This document shows, piece after piece, positions 19,185-29,800 of a DNA stretch of 64,000 bases. How positions within the stretch are numbered: the first letter of the stretch is position 1; every line of letters begins with the position of its first letter. The DNA is taken from the IMG/VR virus record IMGVR_UViG_3300023278_002893, positions 186,001 to 250,000 of that record, one strand, 5' to 3'. Both the position numbers and the translations under genes were made by a program. A model generated the notes under the pieces. It was not told the DNA's origin. It saw only the letters and a list, made by a program, of their open reading frames with translations, and did no database searches.

Positions 19185-19800
19185 GTCCTAACTCCTTGTG
19201 TGTGGTAAGATCTAAAAGCATTTCGGATCCGGAGCACTGACACTCTGCCCCGCACTTAATACATGGTTTATCTTCGTTGTGATAATTAACCCAATAATCT
19301 TCATAGGTTCTTATCAATTTTCCACCGGCCCGCCTAAAATATTTGAAAGCACTATTACCCGGACTGTTCATCCGGATATGACATACCCCCGCCACCGCCC
19401 CCATTCGTCTAAGCTCACCGACAGATTTATCTAAAAGCATTCTACCAAAAGCCTTACCTCTAAACTCCTCCTCTAGAGCATTACATTTGAAATAAGCTAC
19501 GTTGGAAGGTTCTGGTCCCCACTCTTCGGGGTGCAGTTCTAGAGGGTAATCTTCTATCCAGGTTCCAGGTGCGTACGTTAGTCTAAAACCTATTAATCTT
19601 TCCAGCGTACCGTCTCCCTCGTTGAAATATAAGGTAAAGCTGCAATTACGACCATCTTTCAAACTTCTCTTTAAGATAACTTCCATTTCCTCTTCAGTTA
19701 TATAATCTTTTCCAAAGATCTTATCACCCAAAGATGTAATAGATTTGAAGTCTTTTTCCCTCAAGAACCTAATGGAGTAGGTGTGATCCATTATTCCCAT
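19177..19800 (-). CDS. GNAT-family acetyltransferase with C-terminal Cys cluster
   Basis: EEFRGKAFGRMLL acetyl-CoA motif; N..A..YF; CIKCG.EC.C. Confidence 0.8.
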   Translation of the reverse strand: MGIMDHTYSIRFLREKDFKSITSLGDKIFGKDYITEEEMEVILKRSLKDGRNCSFTLYFNEGDGTLERLIGFRLTYAPGTWIEDYPLELHPEEWGPEPSNVAYFKCNALEEEFRGKAFGRMLLDKSVGELRRMGAVAGVCHIRMNSPGNSAFKYFRRAGGKLIRTYEDYWVNYHNEDKPCIKCGAECQCSGSEMLLDLTTHKELGHV

Positions 19801-19802
19801 AA

Positions 19803-20093
19803 TTAATTACCTTTATCCTTAAGATTATTTAATATTTTGATACATTCAATAATCTCTTCACCCTCCTCGTTAATACTTAGAACTATCTTTTCCGACTCTT
19901 CTTCCGAGATGTAACCCTCTTTGGCATTCTTAAGGGTTCTAATCACCAATGTGCGGAGAGAGTCCAGCCTTCTTTTGTACATATCTCGCCAAGCCGCATA
20001 CTCGGCGGCACTCATTCGTTTCACCATAGGTTCTCCCAAGTGGATATGAATCTCATCGTGTACACGATCCAGCTCTCTATGAATTTTATTCAC
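19803..20093 (-). CDS. Hypothetical helical protein
   Basis: ORF track. Confidence 0.45.
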   Translation of the reverse strand: MNKIHRELDRVHDEIHIHLGEPMVKRMSAAEYAAWRDMYKRRLDSLRTLVIRTLKNAKEGYISEEESEKIVLSINEEGEEIIECIKILNNLKDKGN

Positions 20094-20110
20094 CAGGATA
20101 TCGAAGTGCT

Positions 20111-20353
20111 TTATTTATATCTTTCGTACAGTAATTGCATAACATTCTTTTGACTAACTCCCCAAGTAGTAATTTTACCGCACCTGGGACAGGTAAATTG
20201 TGTGAAAACATCATTATCTATGTCGGGTTTTATCTTGTATAGTCCTAGAGCTTTATCATTCAAACTATTATCGCTAGCCTTCATGTTTTCCGGCACGAAC
20301 ATTTCGTTCATGCATTGATCTGAATCGCAGATTATAGATTTCCATTCTTCCAT
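20111..20353 (-). CDS. Zinc-ribbon hypothetical protein
   Basis: CDSDQC...CPRCG; RBS AGGAG. Confidence 0.55.
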   Translation of the reverse strand: MEEWKSIICDSDQCMNEMFVPENMKASDNSLNDKALGLYKIKPDIDNDVFTQFTCPRCGKITTWGVSQKNVMQLLYERYK

Positions 20354-20402
20354 AACTACTCCTGGTGACTCCCCGGACTACAAGACCGGAGAGTCTTGTA
20401 CC

Positions 20403-21206
20403 CTATCGTTTACGCCGCTTAGGTGGGAATTTAGTACCGCATGCTCCGCAGAATTTGTCGGATCTTCTTACCCTACTGATACCACAACCTGTACAGTATA
20501 CAGGCAAGAACCTGGGGTTAAGACCGTGATCGGGTGTTCGTCGTTTCCGGGGCCCTTGTATCTTTAAAGTCAGGGTTGTTGGAAATGTAGAAGTTTCGAA
20601 GTCGGCACCCTCTACAAACCTTTGGTTAGAGTTACTTCCCTCTACTGTGGCACCTGCTTGTCCGGGGCTAGCTATGTAGTTGCTTTGAGCTACGCTTTCA
20701 GTACTGGACAAGGTAGAGTTGGAAGTAAAGGTCGTAGTAGTGGTGGCCCTATAACCCCCACCCGCACCAGTATTATCCACTATTGGGTAGGTTGGGTAAG
20801 TGGGACCTTTCGAAGGATAAACCGGGTAAATTGGAATATTCCAATTTAAGTTAATGGGATTTATCTGCTCCAGGTAGAATTCTACCTTTATGATACCATT
20901 CTCAGTATCTGTGGGATCATTGACCCTGCTGTCCGATAGAGATACGAACTTGAAGCGATTTCCCTCCGACATACTTTCGTCCAGGAATCTTTCAAGATCT
21001 AGGGTTTCTCCTGCGTGTAGAATAAAGTCTCCGAGTCCGGACACCTGTCTTCCGTCAATCCACACACGCGCTTTTGCTCTTACATTGTTTTTGTTCTTAA
21101 GTCTAATCTTGTATTCCGAACCAAAAGGTAAAGTAATTTTACCATCGATTTCCCTAACTGGGGAATTATTCTTCAGAACAGCCAATACAAATTGCTGATT
21201 GTACAT
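20403..21206 (-). CDS. Phage hypothetical protein with C-terminal zinc ribbon
   Basis: PFGSEYKIRLKN...IDG...LERF; CTGCG...CGACG. Confidence 0.65.
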   Translation of the reverse strand: MYNQQFVLAVLKNNSPVREIDGKITLPFGSEYKIRLKNKNNVRAKARVWIDGRQVSGLGDFILHAGETLDLERFLDESMSEGNRFKFVSLSDSRVNDPTDTENGIIKVEFYLEQINPINLNWNIPIYPVYPSKGPTYPTYPIVDNTGAGGGYRATTTTTFTSNSTLSSTESVAQSNYIASPGQAGATVEGSNSNQRFVEGADFETSTFPTTLTLKIQGPRKRRTPDHGLNPRFLPVYCTGCGISRVRRSDKFCGACGTKFPPKRRKR

Positions 21207-21288
21207 TATGTCTTCCTCCCTTACATACGGGACGCCTACAGAACCCGCTTCATATTTTAGTAGGCATTTTGTTATCGGGGAATTAAAT

Positions 21289-22455
21289 TTAGGCCTCGAA
21301 CCTTCTACCTGAGAAGATCCCAGGATCCTTTCCCGCGAGTATCAAGTCTGCTGTTAATTCACCGGTCGCAAAAGTGAAACCCAATCCGTGTGCTGTAAAT
21401 CCTACGTTATAGAAAATCCTCGGGTCTTCGGACAATGATCCTACCAATGGATATCCATCAGCAGAAAAGCCCATAACCCCAGACCAGCGATAGTCAATTC
21501 GTTTCCCACGCAGAGTGGGGAAATGCTCATTAAGAAAACCTTCCAACTTCTCATGTATAGCGGGATTAACTTCATCTGAGAATCCGACCTCCCTTTCTAA
21601 ATCGACGTTTCGGAAACCGCCAATGAGAACTCTTCCATCAACAAGCTGACGGAAGTAGTCAAGAACGAAGCTACAATATGATGGTTGTAAGAATGGTTCA
21701 ACAGGCTCCGTTACAATAATCTGACCACGCATAGGTGAGACCTTGTCTTTGAACCACGGGAATAGCTGCTCAGACCAAGCGTTAGTACAAACCACTACAG
21801 CATCTGTCTTGATTCGTTTCTTGTTGGTTCTGACAACCAGGTTGTCTTCTTCTACATCGACCCCAAAGACTTCCGCGTCCTCCATTATTTGGACACGTTT
21901 TCCAGTTCTCAAGGCCAGGTGCCACAAGTATTTCATGGGATGAATCTCACCATCATCTGCGTAAAACGCCCCGCCATGGAAACCTTCGGTTCCAGAATAC
22001 GGCTCATCTCGCCATTCCACATTAACGCCTCGTGTTCGCAACGCGGCTACAGTTTCCTTAGTAACCGAGACCTCATGATCTGTTGCCGCTAGCGTCCAGC
22101 TCCCCAACTTGCGATATTCACAGAGTTCTTCTAACTTCTCACGTCCAAACTCCTCAAGCATGAGATTGTGATTATGCTCAGTGAATTTCCAAATACCCTC
22201 TGCCTTGCCTTCTCCATATGCAGTTGTCATACGAGAGAAGTGTTCGGTAGATCCGCAGGTAATAAACCCTGCATTTCTACCAGAGGCACCGTGTCCTATC
22301 TTTCCCTTCTCAACCACAATGATATTGAGGGTGGGATCTTTCTTACTCAGCCAGTAAGCTGTGGATAGTCCTGCCAGTCCCGCACCGATAATCGTGACAT
22401 CGGCATTTAATTCCACACCCAATCCCACAGTGTCCTGCCAATAGGAAACAGACAT
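21289..22455 (-). CDS. FAD-dependent oxidoreductase, DAO/PuuB family
   Basis: IIGAGLAG, GASGRNAG, RWSG.MGFS.DG.P, GFTAHG. Confidence 0.92.
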   Translation of the reverse strand: MSVSYWQDTVGLGVELNADVTIIGAGLAGLSTAYWLSKKDPTLNIIVVEKGKIGHGASGRNAGFITCGSTEHFSRMTTAYGEGKAEGIWKFTEHNHNLMLEEFGREKLEELCEYRKLGSWTLAATDHEVSVTKETVAALRTRGVNVEWRDEPYSGTEGFHGGAFYADDGEIHPMKYLWHLALRTGKRVQIMEDAEVFGVDVEEDNLVVRTNKKRIKTDAVVVCTNAWSEQLFPWFKDKVSPMRGQIIVTEPVEPFLQPSYCSFVLDYFRQLVDGRVLIGGFRNVDLEREVGFSDEVNPAIHEKLEGFLNEHFPTLRGKRIDYRWSGVMGFSADGYPLVGSLSEDPRIFYNVGFTAHGLGFTFATGELTADLILAGKDPGIFSGRRFEA

Positions 22456-22470
22456 ATCTATATAATTCCT

Positions 22471-22827
22471 TTATGCGTACTTTATCTTTATTCCGGTTAT
22501 TAGACTTAACCAGCGCCTAACTCCCTCCATACCTGCTTCCCACACAGCGGCAGCTACGTCCCTACGTCCCGTCTGCTCATATACCTCATACATTAGGTTA
22601 TCCACCCGAGACAGCTCTATCAGGAGGATCTTTTGAATCTCTTCTAGTTTTTCCTTATCGAAATTACAAAGGAATGCTATCTCTAGAACTCCTTGGATAA
22701 ATTCCAATCTCATCTCTAACTGATGGACGGGATCTAGTAAGTTTGACACAAGTACTCCCCCCACCTCCCCGCTCCTATAAGTAAAATTCGTGTATTCCTT
22801 GATTATACGGATCGTCACTAATATCAC
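22471..22827 (-). CDS. Hypothetical helical protein
   Basis: ORF track; start uncertain. Confidence 0.45.
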   Translation of the reverse strand: MILVTIRIIKEYTNFTYRSGEVGGVLVSNLLDPVHQLEMRLEFIQGVLEIAFLCNFDKEKLEEIQKILLIELSRVDNLMYEVYEQTGRRDVAAAVWEAGMEGVRRWLSLITGIKIKYA

Positions 22828-23155
22828 AAATCTTAAAATCCTTAGACTTGGAATTAGACTCTACAATTACATATCCGTCAATTAAATGAATTAGAATATC
22901 TATACCATCTTCTGTTTCTTCTAGAAAACCAACAGAGCTGCAAATTTGATGGGCTTTGTCGTACTTCATAATACCTTTATCCCAAAAGAGAAGTTCGACA
23001 TCGTCTAAACAAAGCATAGTGAGAAGTTCTTGTCCTAGATTTTCCATGCCTACTAATAGAATCTTCTTGCCCCTGAAATCCTCTTTACCGTATGCACTAC
23101 GCACAGCTCCTCGAAGAAAGTTAAATATCTTAGTCGCATTTATTGTCATTGTCAA
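22775..23155 (-). CDS. Truncated, degenerate Leu/Phe/Val-dehydrogenase-like Rossmann domain
   Basis: GAVRSAYGKEDFRGKKILLVGMENLGQEL resembles the NAD-binding segment, with an altered glycine motif. Confidence 0.45.
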   Translation of the reverse strand: MTMTINATKIFNFLRGAVRSAYGKEDFRGKKILLVGMENLGQELLTMLCLDDVELLFWDKGIMKYDKAHQICSSVGFLEETEDGIDILIHLIDGYVIVESNSKSKDFKICDISDDPYNQGIHEFYL

Positions 23156-23816
23156 GTTCCACGGATTTACCTTTACGCAGGTTGTCTTCTGCCCAAAGAG
23201 GTTGAAGATTAGTATAATGACATACTATGTGGAGTTGCTTTTCATCTGCTAAATCAAAAGATGATAAGGGTCTAATATGATCGATATGCCATTCGCCATA
23301 ATTTTCCCAGGACATTCCCGGTTGAAATTTAGACTCCAGATAGGATTTTAGGTTTTCTATACTGCAGCCTAGGTACTCATTTAAATTTTTGTCTTTTCGG
23401 ATATCTTTTAAAGCAGATCTTAGCCTAGATCTCATTGTAACTGCGATACGAAAATTGATATCGTTTTTGAACTTATACCTACGATACTCGTTAGATCGTT
23501 TTCGTACATGTTCTTTATTTTCTTTTAGCCACGCACGGTTGTATTCTTTAACGTGATTAGAATTTTTTGCTCTCCATCTTTTCAAACGTTCCTTATTTTC
23601 TATCTTGTGTTTAGTAAGGGAAGTTTGTGTGTATTGTTTTACTTTTTCGGGATTTTTCTTTCGCCATTCTGCTTGGTATTTTGAATTTATTCCTCTCCAT
23701 TTCTTATTACGAGATAATTCTGTTTGTTTTGTTCTTTTCATAATATTCTTTGCGGTGGATTTTATAACACTCCCTACACCAACTCGATAAACTATCTTTA
23801 GCGGTTTTAGCCACAT
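23130..23816 (-). CDS. HNH homing endonuclease, paralog of 17123..17686
   Basis: LESKFQPGMSW.N.GEWHIDH...HYTNLQPLWA shared. Confidence 0.85.
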   Translation of the reverse strand: MWLKPLKIVYRVGVGSVIKSTAKNIMKRTKQTELSRNKKWRGINSKYQAEWRKKNPEKVKQYTQTSLTKHKIENKERLKRWRAKNSNHVKEYNRAWLKENKEHVRKRSNEYRRYKFKNDINFRIAVTMRSRLRSALKDIRKDKNLNEYLGCSIENLKSYLESKFQPGMSWENYGEWHIDHIRPLSSFDLADEKQLHIVCHYTNLQPLWAEDNLRKGKSVELDNDNKCD

Positions 23817-23851
23817 AAAAATAATCTACAGATTTAGAAATTTTACATCTT

Positions 23852-24490
23852 CTACAGGTTTTCGTCATCAAACTTTGGATTATCATTTAAAAGTTCAGTA
23901 TTCCAGTACGCTACATCCAAGAAATTCACCCACTCCTTGTGAGGAACCATTCCCAAAGGGATACTAATTGTTGGGTGCCACTTAGGCATGGATGGAGCGC
24001 TTAGCAATTTCCAGCCCATCTGACGAAGAGTTCTATCTCCCTTCTTACCATTACATTTGAAGCACGATGCTACGATATTGTCCCAGGTAGTTTTACCGCC
24101 CTTAGATCTAGGAATAACATGATCCAAATTAAGGTCGGCCCTAGTTGGGGAAATACCACAGTACTGGCATTGCCAATTGTCCCGTTCAAAGATGTTCTTT
24201 CTGCTAAACCTGACGTGTCTTTTGGGCAGTTTGTCATAAAGTGTTAGCACGATGACTCTCGGGATCTTGATGTTTATAGAGGGGGAGGAAATGAGTTCGG
24301 CAGAACTAACCTCAACCATCTGCTGAGAAACATCTTGCCAATCATTGAAATTATATGCCTGATAACTATCGGGGTCAATGGCTTTGGCGTGTCCTTGGTA
24401 GAGCAAGTTTATAGCTCTCTTTACAGAACATACCTGTATAGCCAACCAGCTCCGATTCAAAACCAAGGTATTGCCATTAAGTTTGCCCAT
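23852..24490 (-). CDS. HNH endonuclease (McrA-like)
   Basis: TLVLN, IFERD..QCQYC, LDHVIPRSKGG..W.N...C..CN. Confidence 0.9.
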   Translation of the reverse strand: MGKLNGNTLVLNRSWLAIQVCSVKRAINLLYQGHAKAIDPDSYQAYNFNDWQDVSQQMVEVSSAELISSPSINIKIPRVIVLTLYDKLPKRHVRFSRKNIFERDNWQCQYCGISPTRADLNLDHVIPRSKGGKTTWDNIVASCFKCNGKKGDRTLRQMGWKLLSAPSMPKWHPTISIPLGMVPHKEWVNFLDVAYWNTELLNDNPKFDDENL

Positions 24491-24536
24491 AACAAATTGC
24501 CCCTTTGTCTTACAACTATATGATATTATTTCTATA

Positions 24537-24896
24537 TTAGCAAGCGTTAGATCCTTTCCACCCTAACAAACCCTCTATGGCAGCGGTCGATCCCTCTGTA
24601 ATAAATGATAATTGCGACACTGCGTCATAATCCATTGTGAAGGTACAACCCGCTCCTAGTTTGATATCATCTCCCGGAACAAAGCTCACCGCCGTTGTGG
24701 CATCCCCATCATTTACTCTGAAATAAATAGCTACCGAGCTGCTCTTATTTATAAGATGTAGCCTACGGGCAGGTGGGGTTATGGTAAAACCACTTGCCGT
24801 TCCTGTGATATCGCCTTCGAAGTATTTTACTTCATCGAACCCAAGTTCAAGGACAGCATCTACTAATCCTCCGCTATGGGCTATTTGAGTAGTCAT
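24537..24896 (-). CDS. Small beta-rich probable virion protein
   Basis: 119 aa after the adhesin genes. Confidence 0.45.
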   Translation of the reverse strand: MTTQIAHSGGLVDAVLELGFDEVKYFEGDITGTASGFTITPPARRLHLINKSSSVAIYFRVNDGDATTAVSFVPGDDIKLGAGCTFTMDYDAVSQLSFITEGSTAAIEGLLGWKGSNAC

Positions 24897-24920
24897 TAAT
24901 TTTTACCTCTCTTGTACCCG

Positions 24921-26177
24921 TTATGCTCTAGTTATTCTTCTGCGCCGCCAATCGATTTCAATCTTGATCCGGGTGTCTAGAGTTGCATCCTCTCCGTCCA
25001 TGGAAGCATTCAATCTCTGGTCTCCACTATCTGCATCCCCTGGTCCCATGCATAAACCTATCGGAACACTTGCGTCATAATCAGGACGATTGAAATACTC
25101 CTGCATGACCTCAGTTATACCGCTACTGGAATGAGTAACGATACCGGAGATAGTTAGGAAAGAGGGCATACTGTCCCGCGAAACAGATCCAAAAGGAGCA
25201 ACATTCTCAGTGACTCCGTCCTCATGAATTTGGGTGGGTAGATCAACGTCGATGGGGTAATTAACGTTATTGAACGCCTCCGGTATTCCGTAGGTGGAGG
25301 GAGAACCGTTAGGATATAAAGACGCCCCCGTGGTGTTTGCCTTGAACCCCCAAAGCACGTGAGTGCCTGCGGAGGTATTACCAGTCCAGTTCTTTGCAAG
25401 AACAACTGCGTATCTGGTGCCCGAGACAACATCTGCTGTAATACCTGAACCAGTAGTATGATCAAAACTGATTACAGACTCGCTGGTAGCGATAGTAGAC
25501 ATAGCTTGGTAGTCTCCCAAACCAATCGATCCACCATCAATATCTGGTCTATCATCTGTTCCATCTTGTGAGAGAGTGTTGTAGTATTCAGGTCTCATTG
25601 CGTCTCCCGGATCAAACGCACTTCCCCCTTCTACCTTCCAAACAACCAAATTAGTAGTCGCTACAGTCCCCGTAGCGTCTGCTGTGAATGTCTGACACAA
25701 ACTATCGGAAGTTAGCCAGAGATCATCATTTTCTGAATGAGTTACTGACCCATCTACAGCGATACCCGTCGCGGTGATTCCTAATGTAGCAGCCCCGGCG
25801 GTCTCACACTGAAACTGAAAATCCAGATGAGAGTTAGGGTGTCCGATCCACTGGGCTGTTCCAGAACCGGGTTGAGTCCATTTTCCATCATCAGCAAGAA
25901 GACTGGTATCTGCGGAAAATGCGGTGGAATCTACACGACTAGCAACGAACTTTATTCGAGCACCGGTCACCACCGCAGTTCTAGGAACAGGAGTACCAGA
26001 TACAGCTTCCAAAACAATTAGGATGGAGTGTCTCGCGAAAGGAGTTTTAGTAGCCCTCCCCCAGGCTACATTATCGGTATATAAGAATTCCGAATTTGCG
26101 AAATCTCCATTACTACGCGTGTCTGCATTTCCAGCTATATGGTTCATTTGGTTTGTCTGATATATGGTTGTTCTCAT
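24921..26177 (-). CDS. Probable virion adhesin/decoration protein (DNRLRE/CBM96-like segments)
   Basis: P..AVVTGARIKF and LLADDGKWT; T/G/S/D-rich. Confidence 0.5.
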   Translation of the reverse strand: MRTTIYQTNQMNHIAGNADTRSNGDFANSEFLYTDNVAWGRATKTPFARHSILIVLEAVSGTPVPRTAVVTGARIKFVASRVDSTAFSADTSLLADDGKWTQPGSGTAQWIGHPNSHLDFQFQCETAGAATLGITATGIAVDGSVTHSENDDLWLTSDSLCQTFTADATGTVATTNLVVWKVEGGSAFDPGDAMRPEYYNTLSQDGTDDRPDIDGGSIGLGDYQAMSTIATSESVISFDHTTGSGITADVVSGTRYAVVLAKNWTGNTSAGTHVLWGFKANTTGASLYPNGSPSTYGIPEAFNNVNYPIDVDLPTQIHEDGVTENVAPFGSVSRDSMPSFLTISGIVTHSSSGITEVMQEYFNRPDYDASVPIGLCMGPGDADSGDQRLNASMDGEDATLDTRIKIEIDWRRRRITRA

Positions 26178-26815
26178 TAGGGAGTCTTCTCGATGTATAA
26201 TACTTTTCGACCATCGGGCAGAAGATCAGGAGCATCGATGAGACGAAGACCACGGGCAGCAAAATCCAGATTCTTTACAGCGAGTTCTGAAGCCTGCATC
26301 TTCTTGAATGCGTCATTGGCGCCCTCGGGCATTTCGAATCGTCTAAAATGCATTGTGACCATCTTCTTTTCAGTGGGGATCTTGGTCTCTAATAGGTATT
26401 GAAATATTTCAAAAGTCCGATTCATCCAAGCATCAGAACCAGGATTACGTAAGAAAGGAGTTACAAGTGCGGATACTTGAATATCATTACCATTTCTTGA
26501 GATGAGTTTGATGCGTATAATGCTCAACCCGCCGATCAACTTACTATCCTCGAAAACACCAAAAAACAGAGAAGGGAAATCCCCTTCACCAATCTGAACT
26601 CTTGAGAATCCTCGACTTCCTTTTTTGTTGGGATGGGAATCACATCTTATATCCCGATGCACCCCTCGATTTTTTATCATGCCTGACAACCTCGCAACCG
26701 CTCTGGATTCCATCTCATCTTTATTCACAAACACAAGATTGCCTACATTGAAGGTTCTGATTTTCACTTCTTCCCTGGGAAGCCTGGGCACACTATTATC
26801 AATCAGTCGCGTCAT
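26177..26815 (-). CDS. Unknown protein, paralog of 56137..56733
   Basis: Shared FGV..., GN...VSA..TP..RN, LET and F.P motifs. Confidence 0.6.
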   Translation of the reverse strand: MTRLIDNSVPRLPREEVKIRTFNVGNLVFVNKDEMESRAVARLSGMIKNRGVHRDIRCDSHPNKKGSRGFSRVQIGEGDFPSLFFGVFEDSKLIGGLSIIRIKLISRNGNDIQVSALVTPFLRNPGSDAWMNRTFEIFQYLLETKIPTEKKMVTMHFRRFEMPEGANDAFKKMQASELAVKNLDFAARGLRLIDAPDLLPDGRKVLYIEKTP

Positions 26816-26824
26816 GGTATCTCC

Positions 26825-29800
26825 CTATATCAACGTCAGACTAAACTCGTCTGCTGTTCCGCTCTGTGTTGTGGTCTCCATCCAGACAAAGGAGTCAACT
26901 GGAATATTTGGATTGTCGAAACTCGTGATGACCTCTCCAGTATTTCCGCTGTGAGTTGTAGTTCCTCCGGTGATGACTTCTGTTCCTACTCCCGATCTGG
27001 TAGGATCGTGTCTGACCGTCCAGGTAGCTCCGAGTGCTCCCGTTCCTCTGATGGAACCGATCAGCTTCTGAACTGTTCTGGCTGCTGTAGTGTAGAAGAA
27101 GAAAACATCCTCTCCGTTGAAGAGGTTCTCTACTCCAAGATTGTAAGGACCACCTACTGTATCCACATAGTTCTTCGTAGCGAGATCGTCTGAAGCGACG
27201 GGATCGGCTCCACTTACTGTCGCACTGAATCCCCGAGTTCCATCGGCAAGAGCATACTGAGTATGATCATCATCGGGAAGACCGGTGAGTAATCCATGAT
27301 CTGTAATTCCTGCTCCACCTATTACTACTCCCCCTGGGAAGGAAGAGGGAGAAACTCCTCTCAGATCTGTATTGGCTATAATAGTCCAATTATTACTAGA
27401 CTGACGTCTAACGGTCAGACGTGATAGTAACCAACCCACTCCTGCATAGTCTCTGGGGATAGTATATAGAGCGGTGTTCTCAACATCATTGATAGCATTG
27501 GTGTTGTTGTTATAGCCGTCACCGGGGAGATTCAAAAACAGCTTGGTATCCGAATCATTCTCTGCTACTGCTCCCCACAAGACTACATTGAATCTGTCAT
27601 TTGCTCCGATGGACGAACCATCGCTATATGCTGTAATCTCTGACAGAGACTGGATAGTAGTATAGGGAGTAGTAAAGTCATTGAATACATAGATTAAATC
27701 AGCTCCAGAGGTATCGATGGTAGGTGTAGAATGAGTATGGAGCTGATAGATACTACCCGCTGCGACCTGAATAGTAATATCATCTGGAGTTGGTCCGGTA
27801 TCTACCGTAGTAGTCAGGGCTGTTCCAGTTTGCCACTCTGCGTATTGTGATCTGATTCTCTCACTGATAGCGTGGATATGACCAATACCTCCTCGTGAGA
27901 GAGGTTCGTGATTATGATCTGTATATGCGTGGAGTTTCAATGGTCCATCGGTTTGAACCGTGGGTTCTGTTTGAACTATTACTCTTGCTACTCTCGCATG
28001 TTCAGCTGCTGGGAATCCGCTGGTATTAGCAGTTAGAACAAGAGACCCTGCGCTTTCCAGTAGATATACCCAGTTTTCTTGTGGATTAATATCCGTTCCC
28101 GCAGCAGTTAGAATAACCGAATCCGGGACTGAGTGGGTGATATTTACCCCACTGATTTGAACAGTGTTGGTGCTCCCTCCGATTCTATCCAGAGTGAAAG
28201 TGATGTCTGCTCCATCGGAAGATACTGTGTATGTATTATCAGTCTCAGCGATGGTTCCATCATAAGCAAACTCTAAGTTTTCAAGGAAGGTGGTGTTACC
28301 ACTTAGTTCATTTAGGAAGGGAGTATTGATGGGGCTGACTAATATACTACCATTACTTACCCCAGAGGCAACAGCGAGCCCCATGAAGATTACTCTTTCA
28401 GTTCCTGTTGGTAGAACCTTTGTAAGTTCTCCTGGGGTATTGGAAACATAAAGTCTATCGCCTGGTGAAAATGCAGAAGTATCCACATCACGCACCAAAC
28501 CAAAGGTGGTTACATATCCATTACTATTGTTACTGATATCTTCAGTAGCAAGTCCGAAAGCTCCTGATGTGGGATCGGTTGCATCTGCTAATCCGACAAG
28601 GGGTCTGCCTGCCTGAATCCCTAGAATATTCACTGCGGTTCCGTCAGTTATAGTAGAACCGGTTGTATTCCGAGTCCTAACTAATTGCTCTTGACCTACC
28701 TGGAGATTTACACTACCTCCAGGCATACCAAGATTCAGAGTTCCATCATCATCGTTCCAGGATAGTCTACCCTCTGTCGGGGTAATACCATTAACCAGAT
28801 TGAAGTCTATCCATCCGACATCACCAATCCGATTATCCGACATATCTAGCTCACCTTGTAGGGTGCCGGATACACCCTGAATGTGGGTTCCTGCTATATC
28901 TCCTGCTACCGTCAGATTCTGAGCAATCCCCATTCCCGGAGTAGATCCTACAATTCCTGAGATTGTTACTCTTTCCACCCCTCCCCCAGTAAAACCGAGC
29001 ACTGCGTTACCCTTACGATACATCCCCGTGTTGTGCTGCTGCTTGAATGAAAAAGGAGCATCACTCGCATTCCCATCCCCCGCATGAACTCGCTGAACGT
29101 CTTCGATCTTGAAGGAGTTACATTCCAAATGTGAACCAAGGACGGGAGATAGATCTTGAACTATCTCGGTTAGAAATGTTCCAGATGCGGCGAGGAACTC
29201 ATCTCTGAATCCAGAAACTGTAATGTTTTGTCCCAATTCAGAGACACTTATTCCATCAGATCCTGAAATAATAACGTCACCCGTAATCGCATTTACTGAA
29301 TCAACATCAGAACTTTCGACAGCGTCTATCTGAGATTGAAGGGAACCAGAGGTGGCTACAAATTCATCTCTAAAACCGCTTATAGTTACAGTATCACTTC
29401 CTGAAATAACGGTATTGCCATCCAGTCCAAGTATCGCATCATTCTCATTTTTGGCGTATCGAGAGTGGTGGGCGTCTTCGGCTTCAGCGTGTGTTGTTAT
29501 ATCTGTGTCTATTTCAGAAGATAGGGAACCAGATGCCGCAACGAACTCTGCATAGAATCCACTAATAGTATCTACATTGGATCCAGAGACAACGGTTATT
29601 CCATCATCTCCTACAAGAGCGTTGGGAGTACTACCTGACCCTCCCCCGCCACCAGTGGAGGAAATAGTAATAGAGTTAGCCCCAGAAACTACTACAATGT
29701 TACTACCTGCAATAATAGCATCATTCTCATCCTTAGTATATCGGATGTGGTGCGCAGAAGTATCTGATGCGTGAGTGTTGATATCAGAATCAATCTCAGC

